Notes under the pieces: generated by a model
Seen by the model: the letters and a program-made list of their open reading frames with translations, nothing else
The model's database searches: none
Told to the model about the DNA's origin: nothing
Translations under genes and position numbers: made by a program
NCBI RefSeq assembly: GCF_006345805.1
Contig: NC_043001.1
Coordinates: 19,902,001 to 19,966,000, forward strand
From: Octopus sinensis
Taxonomy: Eukaryota
Reading direction: 5' to 3'
DNA length: 64,000 nucleotides
Part shown: positions 1 through 11,415 of the stretch, in pieces
Position numbering within the stretch: position 1 is the stretch's first letter
Layout: each line of letters starts with the position of its first letter

Positions 1-262
1 GCCAGTCAGGCGGTACTGGCAACAGCCACGCTCAAATGATGTTTTTTACATGCTACCTGCACAGGAGCCAGTCCAGCAGCACTGGCAACAACCTTGCTCT
101 GATATTTTTTCATGTGCCACCGGCACAAGTGCCAGTAAGGCGATGCTGGTAACTATCACACTCGAATGGTGCTTTTTACGTGCCACCGGCATCGAAACCA
201 GTCAGCTGCTCTGGCAACGATCATGCTTAGATGGTGCTCTGAGTGCTCCACTAGCGCAAATG
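1..262 (-). mobile_element. Retroposon family C, internal repeated part, cut by the window edge
   Basis: GTGCCACCGGCAC-type internal repeats matching the C copies at 32945, 61785 and 62895. Confidence 0.75.
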
Positions 263-432
263 CTAGTCATCAAATCTAATTTCGATTTTGATAACAAATT
301 TAACCCCAGTGGGAATTGAACTCAGAGTGTAAAGGGATGTAAGTAAATACTGCAAATTAAGTCCACCTCTCTACTGACCCTGCTATTCTAATGCCATATT
401 ATTAACAGTAACATGAACACATGTTGATGTTA

Positions 433-600
433 AAGGCAGCGAGCTGGCAGAAACGTTACGTTCTGGGTTCAAATTCTGCCGAGGTCTTTTATCCATTTGG
501 GGTTGATAAATAAAGTACCAATTGTGCACTGGGGTTGATGCAATTGACTTTCCTCCTCCACCCCAAACTGCTGGCCTTGTGCCAAAATTTGAAACTAATA
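433..600 (+). mobile_element. SINE family B variant
   Basis: AAGGCAGCGAGCTGGCAGAA head, box-B-like GGGTTCAAATTC, central GATAAATAAAGTACC...CTGGGGTTGAT. Confidence 0.7.
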
Positions 601-620
601 TTAACACAACAATTACTAAT

Positions 621-847
621 ACTCTTTTACTTTTTTACTCTTTTACTTGTTTTAGTCATTTGACTGCGGCCATGCTGGAGCATCGCCTTTAGTTGAGCAA
701 ATCGACCCCAGGACTTATTCTTTGTAAGCCTAGTACTTATTCTATCAGTCTCTTTTGCTGAACTGCTAAGTTATGGGGATGTAAACATACCAGCATCGGT
801 TGTCAAGCAATGTTGGGGAGACAAACACAGACACACAAACATATACT

Positions 848-934
<87 letters not shown>

Positions 935-1074
935 TATGACAAGCTTCTTTCAGTTTCTGTCTTCCAAATCCACTCACAAGGCTTTGGTTGTCAAAGTGCC
1001 ACGCAGTGGGACTGAACCCGGAACCATGTGGTTGGTAAGCAAGCTACTTACCACACAGCCATTCCTGCACCTAA
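621..1074 (-). mobile_element. SINE family A with internal (TA)n
   Basis: Reverse complement of the family A consensus; small internal deletion. Confidence 0.85.
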
Positions 1075-1454
1075 TATCAAACTTTTTTAAATGATAGGTT
1101 GTTTATTTATGGAGGTCAATATATCCACATAACAGATGATTGTACATAAGGAATTCTTCAATTTCACATAAACTGTTACACCAGCCATCATAAATAGCTA
1201 ATACTCGGCAGCAGATTCCAGATCTAATAGCATGACTGGCTAAGAAACTGGGAGTCAATAGTCTACAGGTGAGCACTAGAGCAGCTTGAAGTCACCTCTT
1301 TCAGACTCATAACAGAACATAAACTCAGTACTTGAAGCTAGTGAATCACTCAATTGCATCATGTGTCTTACTTTGTAGCTCTCATGAGAGATGGTAGACA
1401 CAACTGTACAAATATGATGCTTGTCATTTTGTTGATGGTATTGTTCCATCTACG

Positions 1455-1622
1455 TTCTGAGTTAAAATTCCGCTGAGGTCGACTTTACCTTTCATCCTTT
1501 CAGGGTCGATAAATTAAGTACCAGTTACGCACTGGGGTCGATGTAATCGACTTAATCTGTTTGTCTGTCCTTGTTTGTCCCCTCTGTGTTTTAGCCCCTT
1601 GTGGGTAGCAAAGAAATAGAAA
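1455..1622 (+). mobile_element. SINE family B, 5'-truncated
   Basis: Matches the 47874-48092 copy. Confidence 0.8.
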
Positions 1623-1934
1623 TAAGTATTATTCCATCTTTAAAGATGTTTGACGTAGGAGACTTTGGGTTCTTCAATGTATTTCAAGCTTTCCATCTAA
1701 TTCATTCACTACTAACTTTTTAAAGTACTTTTGCTGGCACTTTGTTTGAGGTTCATATGTATAGGGAGTCTCTTTGAACTGTTGTGAGGAATCTTAGCTC
1801 TATATTTAGCACTGGTCCCTCGTCTTTCATTAATTATCTTTTGTTAAGATTTATGGCTAACTTTGCTGGTTTATGATTTTCTTCACTGAGGACTCCTTTT
1901 TTTGAGAATTAGTAGTTTCTTGATACAATTATCT

Positions 1935-2160
1935 TTAATCCTTTCGTTACTGAATTTATTTTGAGATGCTCTGCGTTTCTTTCAATTACTTTAAATATAA
2001 CAAAGAATTTAGTAAAATAACTTAGTTATTAAGCGAGAGTTAGAAACATAAATTGTGACTAAGGTTTGGTGGAAGATTTTAATTCAAAACTTATGAAAAC
2101 AAAACATTTGTACTACAGAGCCAGAGCCAGTTTCAACTGGGTTGGTAATGAAAGGGTTAA
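1935..2160. mobile_element. piggyBac-like MITE (TTAA-flanked, CCCTTT termini)
   Basis: TTAA-TCCTTT...AAAGGG-TTAA; reverse complement of 53502-53730. Confidence 0.75.
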
Positions 2161-2689
2161 TCTTGTCAAATGTTGCAACATGAAATCCCTTGATAGCAAG
2201 AGCATATGTTAATGTTGTTCTGACACGTTAATAAGATTTTAATTGAGTTTTATATTTCTTCAAGAGATTTTTGATCATTTGTGCTTTGACCAGAGCTGAC
2301 TTGCTCAGTCAGAGCTGGCTTGCTTGAGCTTGCTAGAACTGACCTGTTCATTTCAGAGCTTATCTTTACATGTCTTCTGAGAAGCACATGGCTGGTTCAT
2401 TCTGAAATCATTTTAATTTTTCAGCCTTTCTTTGATAGATTGACACACAAAGTATTTTTTGGTGATATTTGCTTGTCACAACAAGCATTAAACATAACTA
2501 TAAGAAGAGAACAAAATTTACATCTCTAAAGGTGAGTGCAATAGTTTGGAAAATTATAATCTTATTAACTATATTACTGTTCAGAAACAATGCATTTAAT
2601 ATGTCATAAAGTATATAAATCTGGATTGAGTGCTCAATATTTTTGTTGTCGTCTGTCACTGCTGTCAACTAAGTGACAGCTACCATCAA

Positions 2690-2768
2690 TTCCATCACTG
2701 TCATCATCGTCATCATCATCATCATCATCGCCATCACCATCACCACCACCACCACCACCACCACCACC
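2690..2768. repeat. (CAT)n/(CAC)n microsatellite
   Basis: Direct reading. Confidence 0.9.
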
Positions 2769-3339
2769 TTGCTGGCGCAAGTTGAACAGCATGTTGCTGT
2801 TCTTCTAAGTAAGTCAGAGAACCAAGTTTAATTTTTTGACTTGGTTTCTAAGGCTGGATATCCCTCCTAATACCTACCACTTTACAGAGGGTACTGCATT
2901 GTTTTCATGACACCAACACTAGAGAGGTTGTCATGTTTTTGACAAGACTACAGGGACTTCTCAGCTCCAAGCTTCACAGAGTTCACTGGGTACACCTTAT
3001 TGTGGCATTAGCACTAGACAAATCATTTTCACAAAGCATAAATAAATTAATATTCCAACCATTTCCAAATATTCCAAACATTTCCTTCCCACACAACATA
3101 TTGATATATAATTCATTTAAAGACCATTGACAGAGAGAAATATATAAATATTGAAAAAGTACCATGCAGACATGCAAGTTTATGACAGTGGGCTAGTCTG
3201 ACCATCATGAACCCTTCACCTCCATGTCCAGTTGTTCATCAATATAAAGATACATTAGAAATCTACTATAAAATCAATAATTCCCATTTGGATTTAGGTG
3301 AACTACAAAACAACCAAATATAATAACCAGCAAGGGAAC

Positions 3340-3746
3340 TAGGCGTAGGAGTAGCTGTGTGGTAAGTAGCTTACATACCGACCACATGATTCCGGGTTCA
3401 GTCCCACTGCATGGCACCTTGGGCAAGTGTCTTCTGCTGTAGCCTCGGGCCGACCAAAGCCTTGTAAGTGGATTTGGTAGAGGGAAATTGAAAGAAGCTG
3501 GTCGTATATATGTATATATATATGTATGTGTGTGTATATGTTTGTGTGTCTGTTTGTCCCCCCCCCCCACATCGCTTGACAACCGATACTGGTGTGTTTA
3601 CATCTCCGTAACTTAGCGGTTCAGCAAAAGAGACCGATAGAATAAGTACTAGGCTTACAAAGAATTAGTCCAGGAGTCGATTTGCTCGACTCAAGGTGGT
3701 GCTCCAGCATGGCCACAATCAAATGACTGAAACAAGTAAAAGAGTA
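3340..3746 (+). mobile_element. SINE family A
   Basis: tRNA-like head GGCGTAGGAGTAGCTGTGTGGTAAG...GGGTTCAGTCCC, internal TA/TG tract, tail CAGCATGGCCAC...GACTGAAACAAGTAAAAGAG. Confidence 0.9.
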
Positions 3747-4625
3747 AGGGAGCTTCTAGTTGGTCACTCGACCTATTAGAAATAGCAGTACATCTCTCTC
3801 AAACTCTGCTTTATTATCTTTAAAACTGAAAGATTCACTAGATATGTAGTGCTAGACATGCTGTGTCTGAAAAAAAAAGAAAAGATGGTATGGGATGGTC
3901 ATGGTTGGAACATCATTGATCATAGGTCTGCTTGGTCAGAGTTGACCTGGGGTTGAACTATAATGGCGTAACCATACACACCAAAATAGCTGCAATGGGA
4001 ATTGTCTCACTTATGCCCAAATTCTGATGGATTGCCAACTACTTCAGATAAATACTGGAAAACTGAGAGACTGATAAGAAACATGATATTGATGACAAGA
4101 AGCAATAAATTTAAAGTGCAGTAGGATAGAATTAGTACTGTTGAAGTTCATTCTAGTAGTAGCGGAGAGATGCTTGAAGATTATAAAACCGAAACAGTGG
4201 TATGTAAGAAAAGATTTGTCAACTGGAATAGTTTTTTTTCTAAATGTTGTTTAGAGTGTCCATTATTAAAGGAACCAGACTATTTCAGATATGAATAAAG
4301 AATTTGAACTAGCGTGTATTTGGGTATCGTTCAAGGTTCAATACCTTCAATGAGTTAAATTTTTAAAAAATCTTGAATGTAGAATGGAGAAGCATTGAGA
4401 TAGTTTAAGAATGAGCAAACTTGTTTGCTATGCTGTATGGGGGAAACGTTTATAAAATTAATTTGCTTCTTACAAGAGGCTGCATAAATATTATTAATAA
4501 TAACTAATCTTTAAACTTTATTAAACCTCTCAAATATATAATACAAAACCTTGTTTAACTTCAATCCTGAGTTATTTCAAAAACAAGCTAACTTAGATCA
4601 TACAATATATTATCATGCAACTAAC

Positions 4626-4990
4626 TAGGCATAGGAGTGGCTTACCAACCACATGGTTCTGGGTTCATTCCCACTGCGTGGCACTTTGGGCAAGTGTCTT
4701 CTACTATAGCCTCGGGCCGACCAAAGCCTTGTGAGTAGATTTGGTTGACAGAAACTGAAAGAAGCCCGTCGTATATATGTATATGTATATATATGTACGT
4801 GTATGTGTATATGTTTGTGTGTCTGCGTTTGTCCCTCCAATATCGTGCTTACATCCTCGTAACTTAGCGGCTCAGCAAAAGAGACCGATAGAATAAGTAC
4901 TAGGCTTACAAAGAATAAGTCCTGGGGTCAGTTTGCTCGACTAAAGGTGGTGCTCCAGCATGGCCACAGTCAAATGACTGAAGCAAGTAA
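4626..4990 (+). mobile_element. SINE family A
   Basis: Same consensus; short deletion in the head. Confidence 0.9.
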
Positions 4991-5204
4991 ACACATTAAA
5001 ATAACTGGCCTCATGCCAATATTTGAAACCACTTTTATCACTATTATCTTAATACAATTTATTGTGATATTATTATCAGGTCTGTAAGGGTAGCACAGAG
5101 CAGTAATAAATTTTTGTTAATTAATGACTGAGTTCAAATCCTACCACTTAGCTTCAACATTGAATTTTAACCCACCATTGATTTGCAGGAAATATTTACT
5201 ACAA

Positions 5205-5389
5205 TAGGCGTAGGAGTGGCTGTGTGGTAAGTAGCTTGCTTACGAACCACATGGTTCTGGGTTCAGTCCCATTGCGTGACACCTCGGGCAAGTGTCTTCT
5301 ACTATAGCCTTGGGCCGACCAAAGCCTTGTGAGTGGATTTGGTAGACGGAAACTGAAAGAAGCCTGTCGTATATATGTGTTTGTGTGTG

Positions 5390-5439
<50 letters not shown>

Positions 5440-5625
5440 CGTTTGTGTGTCTGTGTTTGTCCCCCCAAGATTGCTTGACAACCGATGCTGGTGTGTTTAC
5501 ATCCTCGCAAAAGAGACCGATAGAATAAGTACTAGGCTTACAAAGAATAAGTCCTGGGGTCGATTTGCTTGACTAAAGGTGGCGCTCCAGCATGGCCACA
5601 GTCAAATGGCTGAAACAAATAAAAA
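5205..5625 (+). mobile_element. SINE family A
   Basis: Same consensus; internal (TG)n. Confidence 0.9.
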
Positions 5626-6594
5626 AAGTGTACATTCACTTCAATAGACTACAGCTGTTCCAACACATCATCTGTGTATATGTAGCTACAAATTATATTA
5701 TGCAACAGAAATTTATACAGGGTCAAGGGGTCGCTGAGTAACTGGGGTATACTGAAACCCAAGTAGCATTGTGGACAGAGACGACAACAAGAACAGGACT
5801 TTTCATTCAATAGATTTAGTTTCCAGCAAAATAAACAACAAAGGTTTCTTATTTAGAAAGTAAGATAGAATTTCTGTTTTAAACTATTGCTGTTGATATC
5901 CATATGGAAGCTGGTCATGAAAGACAGAGACGATATGCTTTTTTTCAGAAATATAAAACATTTTCTCCTTTATAGGTGAATAGATTGTCATAAACCTTAG
6001 AGGGGTTGTATTGATTATTGGTAAAGTAAAGTGGTGTGGGTGTTTTTAGCCTTGGAAATATCATGAAATAGCAGGGTTGAAAGTTGAATAGGAGATACTG
6101 CTTTGAAGACTTCTATCATTGCATGCTGAGATTCAAGATGGTTTGGGACAAATTCATTGATAATTCTTGTTATTACCTTGGAAATGTTGGATCTGAAGAC
6201 TATTGCGTAGTTGTGCAGGAGTTTGTGGTGAGTCTGTATTGACAGAAATGTAATGCATTGTAGATAGATATTCATGTTGTATTGATGCTCATGTTATGGG
6301 AAAGTCTGTATAGTTTGCATAGAACAGGTAAAGATATGCATTATAAAGGAACTGAGACTGCAAGCTACTTCCACTGTTTATAGAATAGGAAAATTCTCAT
6401 TCAGTGTAATCATACTTGGATATAAAATGTTGATAGTTGGGCATTTAGTAAAGAAGAATAGATATTGGGATTTAAAATGTTAATAGTTGGGCATTTAGTG
6501 AGGAATGAATGAAGGAAGGAAGGAAGGAAGGAAGGAGAGGATGAGGAGGTTATAGGGTGTCAGTGGTGTCATTTGGAATGACTTCTTAACAGTT

Positions 6595-6792
6595 CAGTTC
6601 TAAATTTAAGAGATGAGGAATTATGTACATTATTTACATTATTTACATTTGATGGATATTTGTCCTCATCTTGTTTGTTGTTAACACAATGTTTCTGCTG
6701 ATATATCCTCCAGCCTTCTTCGGGTGTCTTGGGGAAATTTTCAACTTGGGTTCTCATTCCTCAGGTATTTTTCGATGTTGTTGCTGTTATTA

Positions 6793-6835
<43 letters not shown>

Positions 6836-6922
6836 CATCATTATTATTATTCAGGTCGCTACCTGGGATCGAACTCAGAATCTTGGGGTTAGTAGCCAGC
6901 GCTCTTAACCACTACGCCATAT
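6595..6922 (-). mobile_element. tRNA-derived SINE family D, left arm of a palindrome
   Basis: On the minus strand: box A TGGCGTAGTGG, box B GAGTTCGATCCC, (AAT)n, then a unique tail. Confidence 0.85.
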
Positions 6923-6931
6923 GCTGTGGGG

Positions 6932-7015
6932 ATATGGCGTAGTGGTTAAGAGTGCAGGCTACTAACCCCAAGATTCCGAGTTCGACTCCAAGCAGTGACC
7001 TGAACAATAACAATA

Positions 7016-7061
<46 letters not shown>

Positions 7062-7224
7062 CAACAACAACATCGAAAAATACCTTAGGAATGAGAACCC
7101 AGGTTCAAAATTTCCCCAAGACACCCGAAGAAGGCTGGAGAGTATATCAGCCGAAACATTGTGTTGACAACAAACAGGAAGAGGACAAATATCCGTTGAA
7201 TGTAAATAATGTAATTAAAAAATG
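6932..7224 (+). mobile_element. tRNA-derived SINE family D, right arm, 3'-truncated
   Basis: ATATGGCGTAGTGGTTAAG...GAGTTCGACTCC, (AAT)n, tail complementary to the left arm. Confidence 0.85.
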
Positions 7225-7544
7225 TTCTTAACAGTTGTTCTGATACAGTTCTCTTTCTACTCTCAACTCTTGTTTTATTACTTAGATGCAAATGGAGGGA
7301 CCATACTCATAAATTTTACAGCCGGCCTTTCTTGCTTCCCTCCAATTGGATCCCGGTCATCTGGTGTTCTAGCAAGACATTCATGTTAAGCTGGATATGA
7401 ACGTGACCTTTTGGTATTAATAGTGGTTTCATTGCTGATAATTAATTTCTAATAAGCCTGCCGGCTATTTGTGACATCAGCGTCTGGAAAGATGCTGATA
7501 TTCTTTGTATCATAGCAGCAAAATCTGACTGGCATGTGGTAGCT

Positions 7545-7599
7545 GGATGCCCCCCACTGATGAGTTCCAGTAGAATGAAATCATGTGATATGGGAATCC
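7545..7599 (+). ncRNA. Type I hammerhead ribozyme motif, probably CpG-eroded
   Basis: CTGATGA 7557-7563; stem II GTTC/GAAT with loop CAGTA; GAAA 7577-7580; stem III ATCA/TGAT; triplet ATA 7588-7590; stem I CCCA/TGGG plus GGAT/ATCC across an internal loop. Confidence 0.75.
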
Positions 7600-7773
7600 T
7601 GGTGCCCACGACAAATGATTATTGCCTGGTATGATCTATTTGTGTGTGTTTGTGCATCAAGCACCTATACGAGAGGATCTCTCAAGGCTAATGATGCAGT
7701 ATTTGATGTTCTAACAAGACATTCATGTCAAAGGTCAAGGTGGTATTAATCTTGCTTCTGTCACTAACAATTG

Positions 7774-7777
<4 letters not shown>

Positions 7778-7849
<72 letters not shown>

Positions 7850-7868
7850 GTGTGTGTGTGAGCATGCA

Positions 7869-7910
<42 letters not shown>
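7778..7910. repeat. (TA)n followed by (TG)n
   Basis: Direct reading. Confidence 0.95.
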
Positions 7911-7914
<4 letters not shown>

Positions 7915-8070
7915 GACAGTGAGCTGGCAGAATCAGAAGAACTTTGGAGAAAATAACCAGTGGCATTTCTTCAAGTTCTTTTATATTCTGAATTCAAAAT
8001 CCTGTGGAGATTAACTTTGCCTTTCATCCCCCAAGTTAATTGCTGGTGTTGTATCTGAATTGGAAACCAC

Positions 8071-8098
<28 letters not shown>

Positions 8099-8101
<3 letters not shown>

Positions 8102-8565
8102 CAATCCCCTCCTTAACCTGCTTCCTCCATGTGTGGCGATGACAGGCATTGTTCTCCCAGTCAGTGTCCTGCATATCACAGGCCTTTAATGAGGACTTGA
8201 CACAGTCCTTAAATCGCAGCCTTGGTTTCTGCCGGAGTCTCCTTCCATTCACAAGTTCTCCATAGAGCATCTACTTAGGAATCCTTCTATCCTTCATTCT
8301 AAGGTTAAGGAGGGGATCGACACTTTTGAGAGAGCATGTATCCATCATGAAGAACTTAAGTGAGCTGCGCGAAAGCGCACGGCTCGTATAGTGAATGGGG
8401 AAAGCTTGGTCTGCAATGTTTTCAGTCGTGTATGCTTGTCAAGAGCAGGGCTCATTAGCCACCAACGGAGCCACAAATGCAAAATATAAGTTAGTCCTAG
8501 AGCGCACAATGTTCCTGAAGGTCGGCAATGGTCTTCCTCAGTCACGAGTGGACGGCCATCATCAT
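8099..8565. mobile_element. RTE (BovB-like) LINE 3' fragment with inverted 5' segment
   Basis: Minus 8301->8099 reads RMKDRRIPK*MLYGELVNGRRLRQKPRLRFKDCVK...WRKQVKEGID; plus 8302-> reads KEGIDTFER...LVCNVFSRVCLSRAGLISHQRSH (C-terminal zinc-finger-like), then a short CAT tail. Confidence 0.85.
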
Positions 8566-9521
8566 GTATGTATATATGTATGTGCGTATGGATGGATGGA
8601 TGGATGGATGGACATAATGTATGTTTGTATGTATGACATATTTGCCTTGTCTTCATTCAAAGATGGTTTTGATCCCTCTGTTTGTGGTAGAGTGAAGTGT
8701 CCTTGTTGCATGTGGGCAAAACTAATGTGTAGAAAGTTGAGGAGAAATGAAAAGTGATGTGATCTAAATAAAAGCATGTGTTAGAGGTGACAGTGAAAAG
8801 ATGTTTAAGAGTATTGGGGACATAACTGAAGCCCCTGATAGATATCAAAATTGATAGAATGAAGGACAGAGAGAGTTACTTTAACATATACTGCTATGAG
8901 GTAGTCTGACTGGAAAACCAATTTTTAAAAACTGAGAGACATGGTATGTTTAAGTTGAAAAATTAGCTAGGATGCTTTTGTGTTAGACAAGAGTAAAGGC
9001 TTTGTTGAGGAGTGCAACACTTTACTTTGAATGGAGTAGTGTTGCCCTCAAGTTCTCAAAGACAAGGGACTAATGGTATATGATGCAAAGAAGCAGGTAT
9101 GTGGTAAATATAGCTCTAAAGGAACCATACTGATGATCACAAAGAAAGAGAAGAGACTTAAGGTAATAAAGTAGGTTGGTGTTTTTTACAAGTACCGCCA
9201 TTACATTTCAGATGTTGGAAGTAACAGTTTAGCTTTGTAATTCATTTCTTTGCTACTATTTAGTCAAGGAGGGAGGAGCAGTTCTTAAGACTCCTTTTTT
9301 TAGCAAGTTATTCCAGTGAAATGAGACAATGCTTATAACTTTCCTAGATTGTCTTAGACAAGGAGATTGATGTGGTTAATGCTCAGCATGAATATTTGTA
9401 AGACCAATGTTTGCATGAAAAACAAAGAACAGAAAAGGAATTTTAGAGAGCAACTATTCTAGAAAACAAGGATTGTGTGAAGTGTTTAGTGTAAGATCTT
9501 GAAGGGAAGACAGAGTGAGAG

Positions 9522-10150
9522 TACTCCGGCTATCTATCTGTGGCTTTATATAGCAATGGTGCAGCCTCACCTGGAATTTGCATCACCGGTCTGGAACCCC
9601 TATTTTGCCCAGGATATTAATCGTCTGGAAGTCGTTCAGCGACGTGCAACCAAGAGAATACCCTCCATCAGGCATTTGCCATATTCTGAACGCCTTACCT
9701 CCCTGGGCATGGACACATTGAAACTCCGATGTCTGGCAGCTGACTTGGCAGACACCCATAAAATTATTAACCATCTTACAAACAATAACTCTGAGCACCT
9801 TTTCAAACTCCACCCGTCTAACACCTGTGGACATGTTTACAAAGTCAGAAAACAGCACAGCTCCCACGACTTTCAGAAACATTTTTTCACACTAAGAGTT
9901 GCTGAAGTATGGAACAAACTGCCGGCATCAGTTGTTAGTTGTCGGAGCACTGCATCCTTCAAAACTTCCATGCTTCCTGAGATTCACCAACACTACACCT
10001 GATTTTCTCCCCTCCATACACACGCAAGCATGTATCTGACTCATACACTGTTTACTTTCCAGACATTTGTACATTACTGCATATGCTTTATATGCACTTT
10101 TGACAAGTTGTGGTGCACCTGAGCACTGTATAAAGTAATTTCATTATTAT
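9522..10150 (+). mobile_element. CR1-type LINE 3' end (ORF2 C-terminus plus 3' UTR)
   Basis: HLEFASPVWNPY...RLEVVQRRATK...FFTLRVAEVWNKLP; (ATT)n end; second copy at 42433. Confidence 0.9.
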
Positions 10151-11022
10151 AAAAGGCAATCAGATTGTAAGGCCTAGTATTTGGGGCAACATTGAAAGAT
10201 TTTGTTGCATGTTGTTCATTAGCAGAGAAGGTGAAGAACAAATCTGTTTCCTTGATGTAGGTTGTGACTATGTGTTTGTGCTCTTAAATTATACTAGGTT
10301 ATCATGTCCACCCCCACTGGAGAGTGTACTCAAGATCATTGTCCACGTAAGTGTATATCTGGTGTGAAGTGCATATGTTGCATGTCAAAGACACTTGAGT
10401 GTGAAAGGTTAAGGAGTGAAACGTTAATATTGAGAAGACAGAATGACAGAAACACAACTTGAATCTTTGGGTACAGTAGAATTGATAATGTGTAGGACAC
10501 AGTAGCACATAATTATAACGGTAGAGTCTGACAGGAAGCCTTGCAGTCAAGAGATGAGAGATGGATGGAGACCATAGCCGAGTGACTTAGCTAGTAGGTA
10601 CACATAATCCAATGCAAACGAGACCATGATGGAAGTGTGAAGACTGTATTTAAAGGTGAAGAATATATCACTAATAGGTGGAGGAATTATGAGCCCTGAA
10701 TTCAACAACAAAGCTAATTCAGGTAGAAGCAAGTTAAATTCAGCATCATTTCTCTCAACGCTTTCCAAAAAGCTTTGATTCATGACATAGATATGATAAT
10801 TCCAAATTATGATACAAGGTCATCAATTTTTAGTGGGGATAAGGGTCAGTCAATTACAATGACCCCAGTACTCAACTTGTACTTATCCTCTTGACCTCAA
10901 AATGATGAAAGGCAAAGTCAACCTAGGCAAGATTTTAACTCAGAAGATATATCTTGAAGAAATGTCACTGGGCATTTTTGTCTGGCACAATAGCAGTTCT
11001 GCTAGCTTGCTGCCTTATATAA

Positions 11023-11415
11023 TCTATATATATAAAGCTGAAGTTGTCTGTGTGTGTGTGGCAGGTTTGGTAGCCTTCAACTAACACTATCTCCTCCGAG
11101 ACCCTGCAGTGCAAGTTGACCAAAATTGAGAGTATGATAGAAGAAGGCTTGCTCTTCTTTCTGTAGAAGAAAAAATTCAAATCGGACCATGTTAAGACCA
11201 AAAATTATTTACATAAAAAGGAGCTTTTTTTCTATAAAAATCCCTATTTTTTACGATTTTTTGACTGCTGTGTCACCATTTTTCGGTGTATTTCAACCAG
11301 AAAAATGTTCACTTAAAGAGAATAACAAGCTACATAATGCAAAATGTTCGCATTTCAAAAATTCCAATTCTAAAGGGTCGAAACAAACCCAAGCAACACC
11401 GGGCGATACTGCTAG
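11023..11415 (+). mobile_element. Non-autonomous Helitron-like element
   Basis: 5' A|TCTATATATATAAA; 3' CCCAAGCAACACCGGGCGATACTGCTAG; 3' end shared with the 51556 element. Confidence 0.7.

Noticed and set aside
2425-2531. AG...GT-bounded segment as a plus-strand exon (similar ones at 4157-4199, 10298-10346 and 62696-62770)
   Set aside because: Such short splice-like segments are expected by chance in 64 kb; this one has a stop in every frame checked and none has a recognisable protein match.
6932-7005. SINE heads (families D, E, F, A) as tRNA genes
   Set aside because: Boxes A and B are present but acceptor stems are incomplete and each head continues into a repeated SINE body.
9499-10002. 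167-aa ORF (and 201-aa ORF at 42356) as host genes
   Set aside because: They are 5'-truncated CR1 ORF2 ends with the element's 3' UTR attached.
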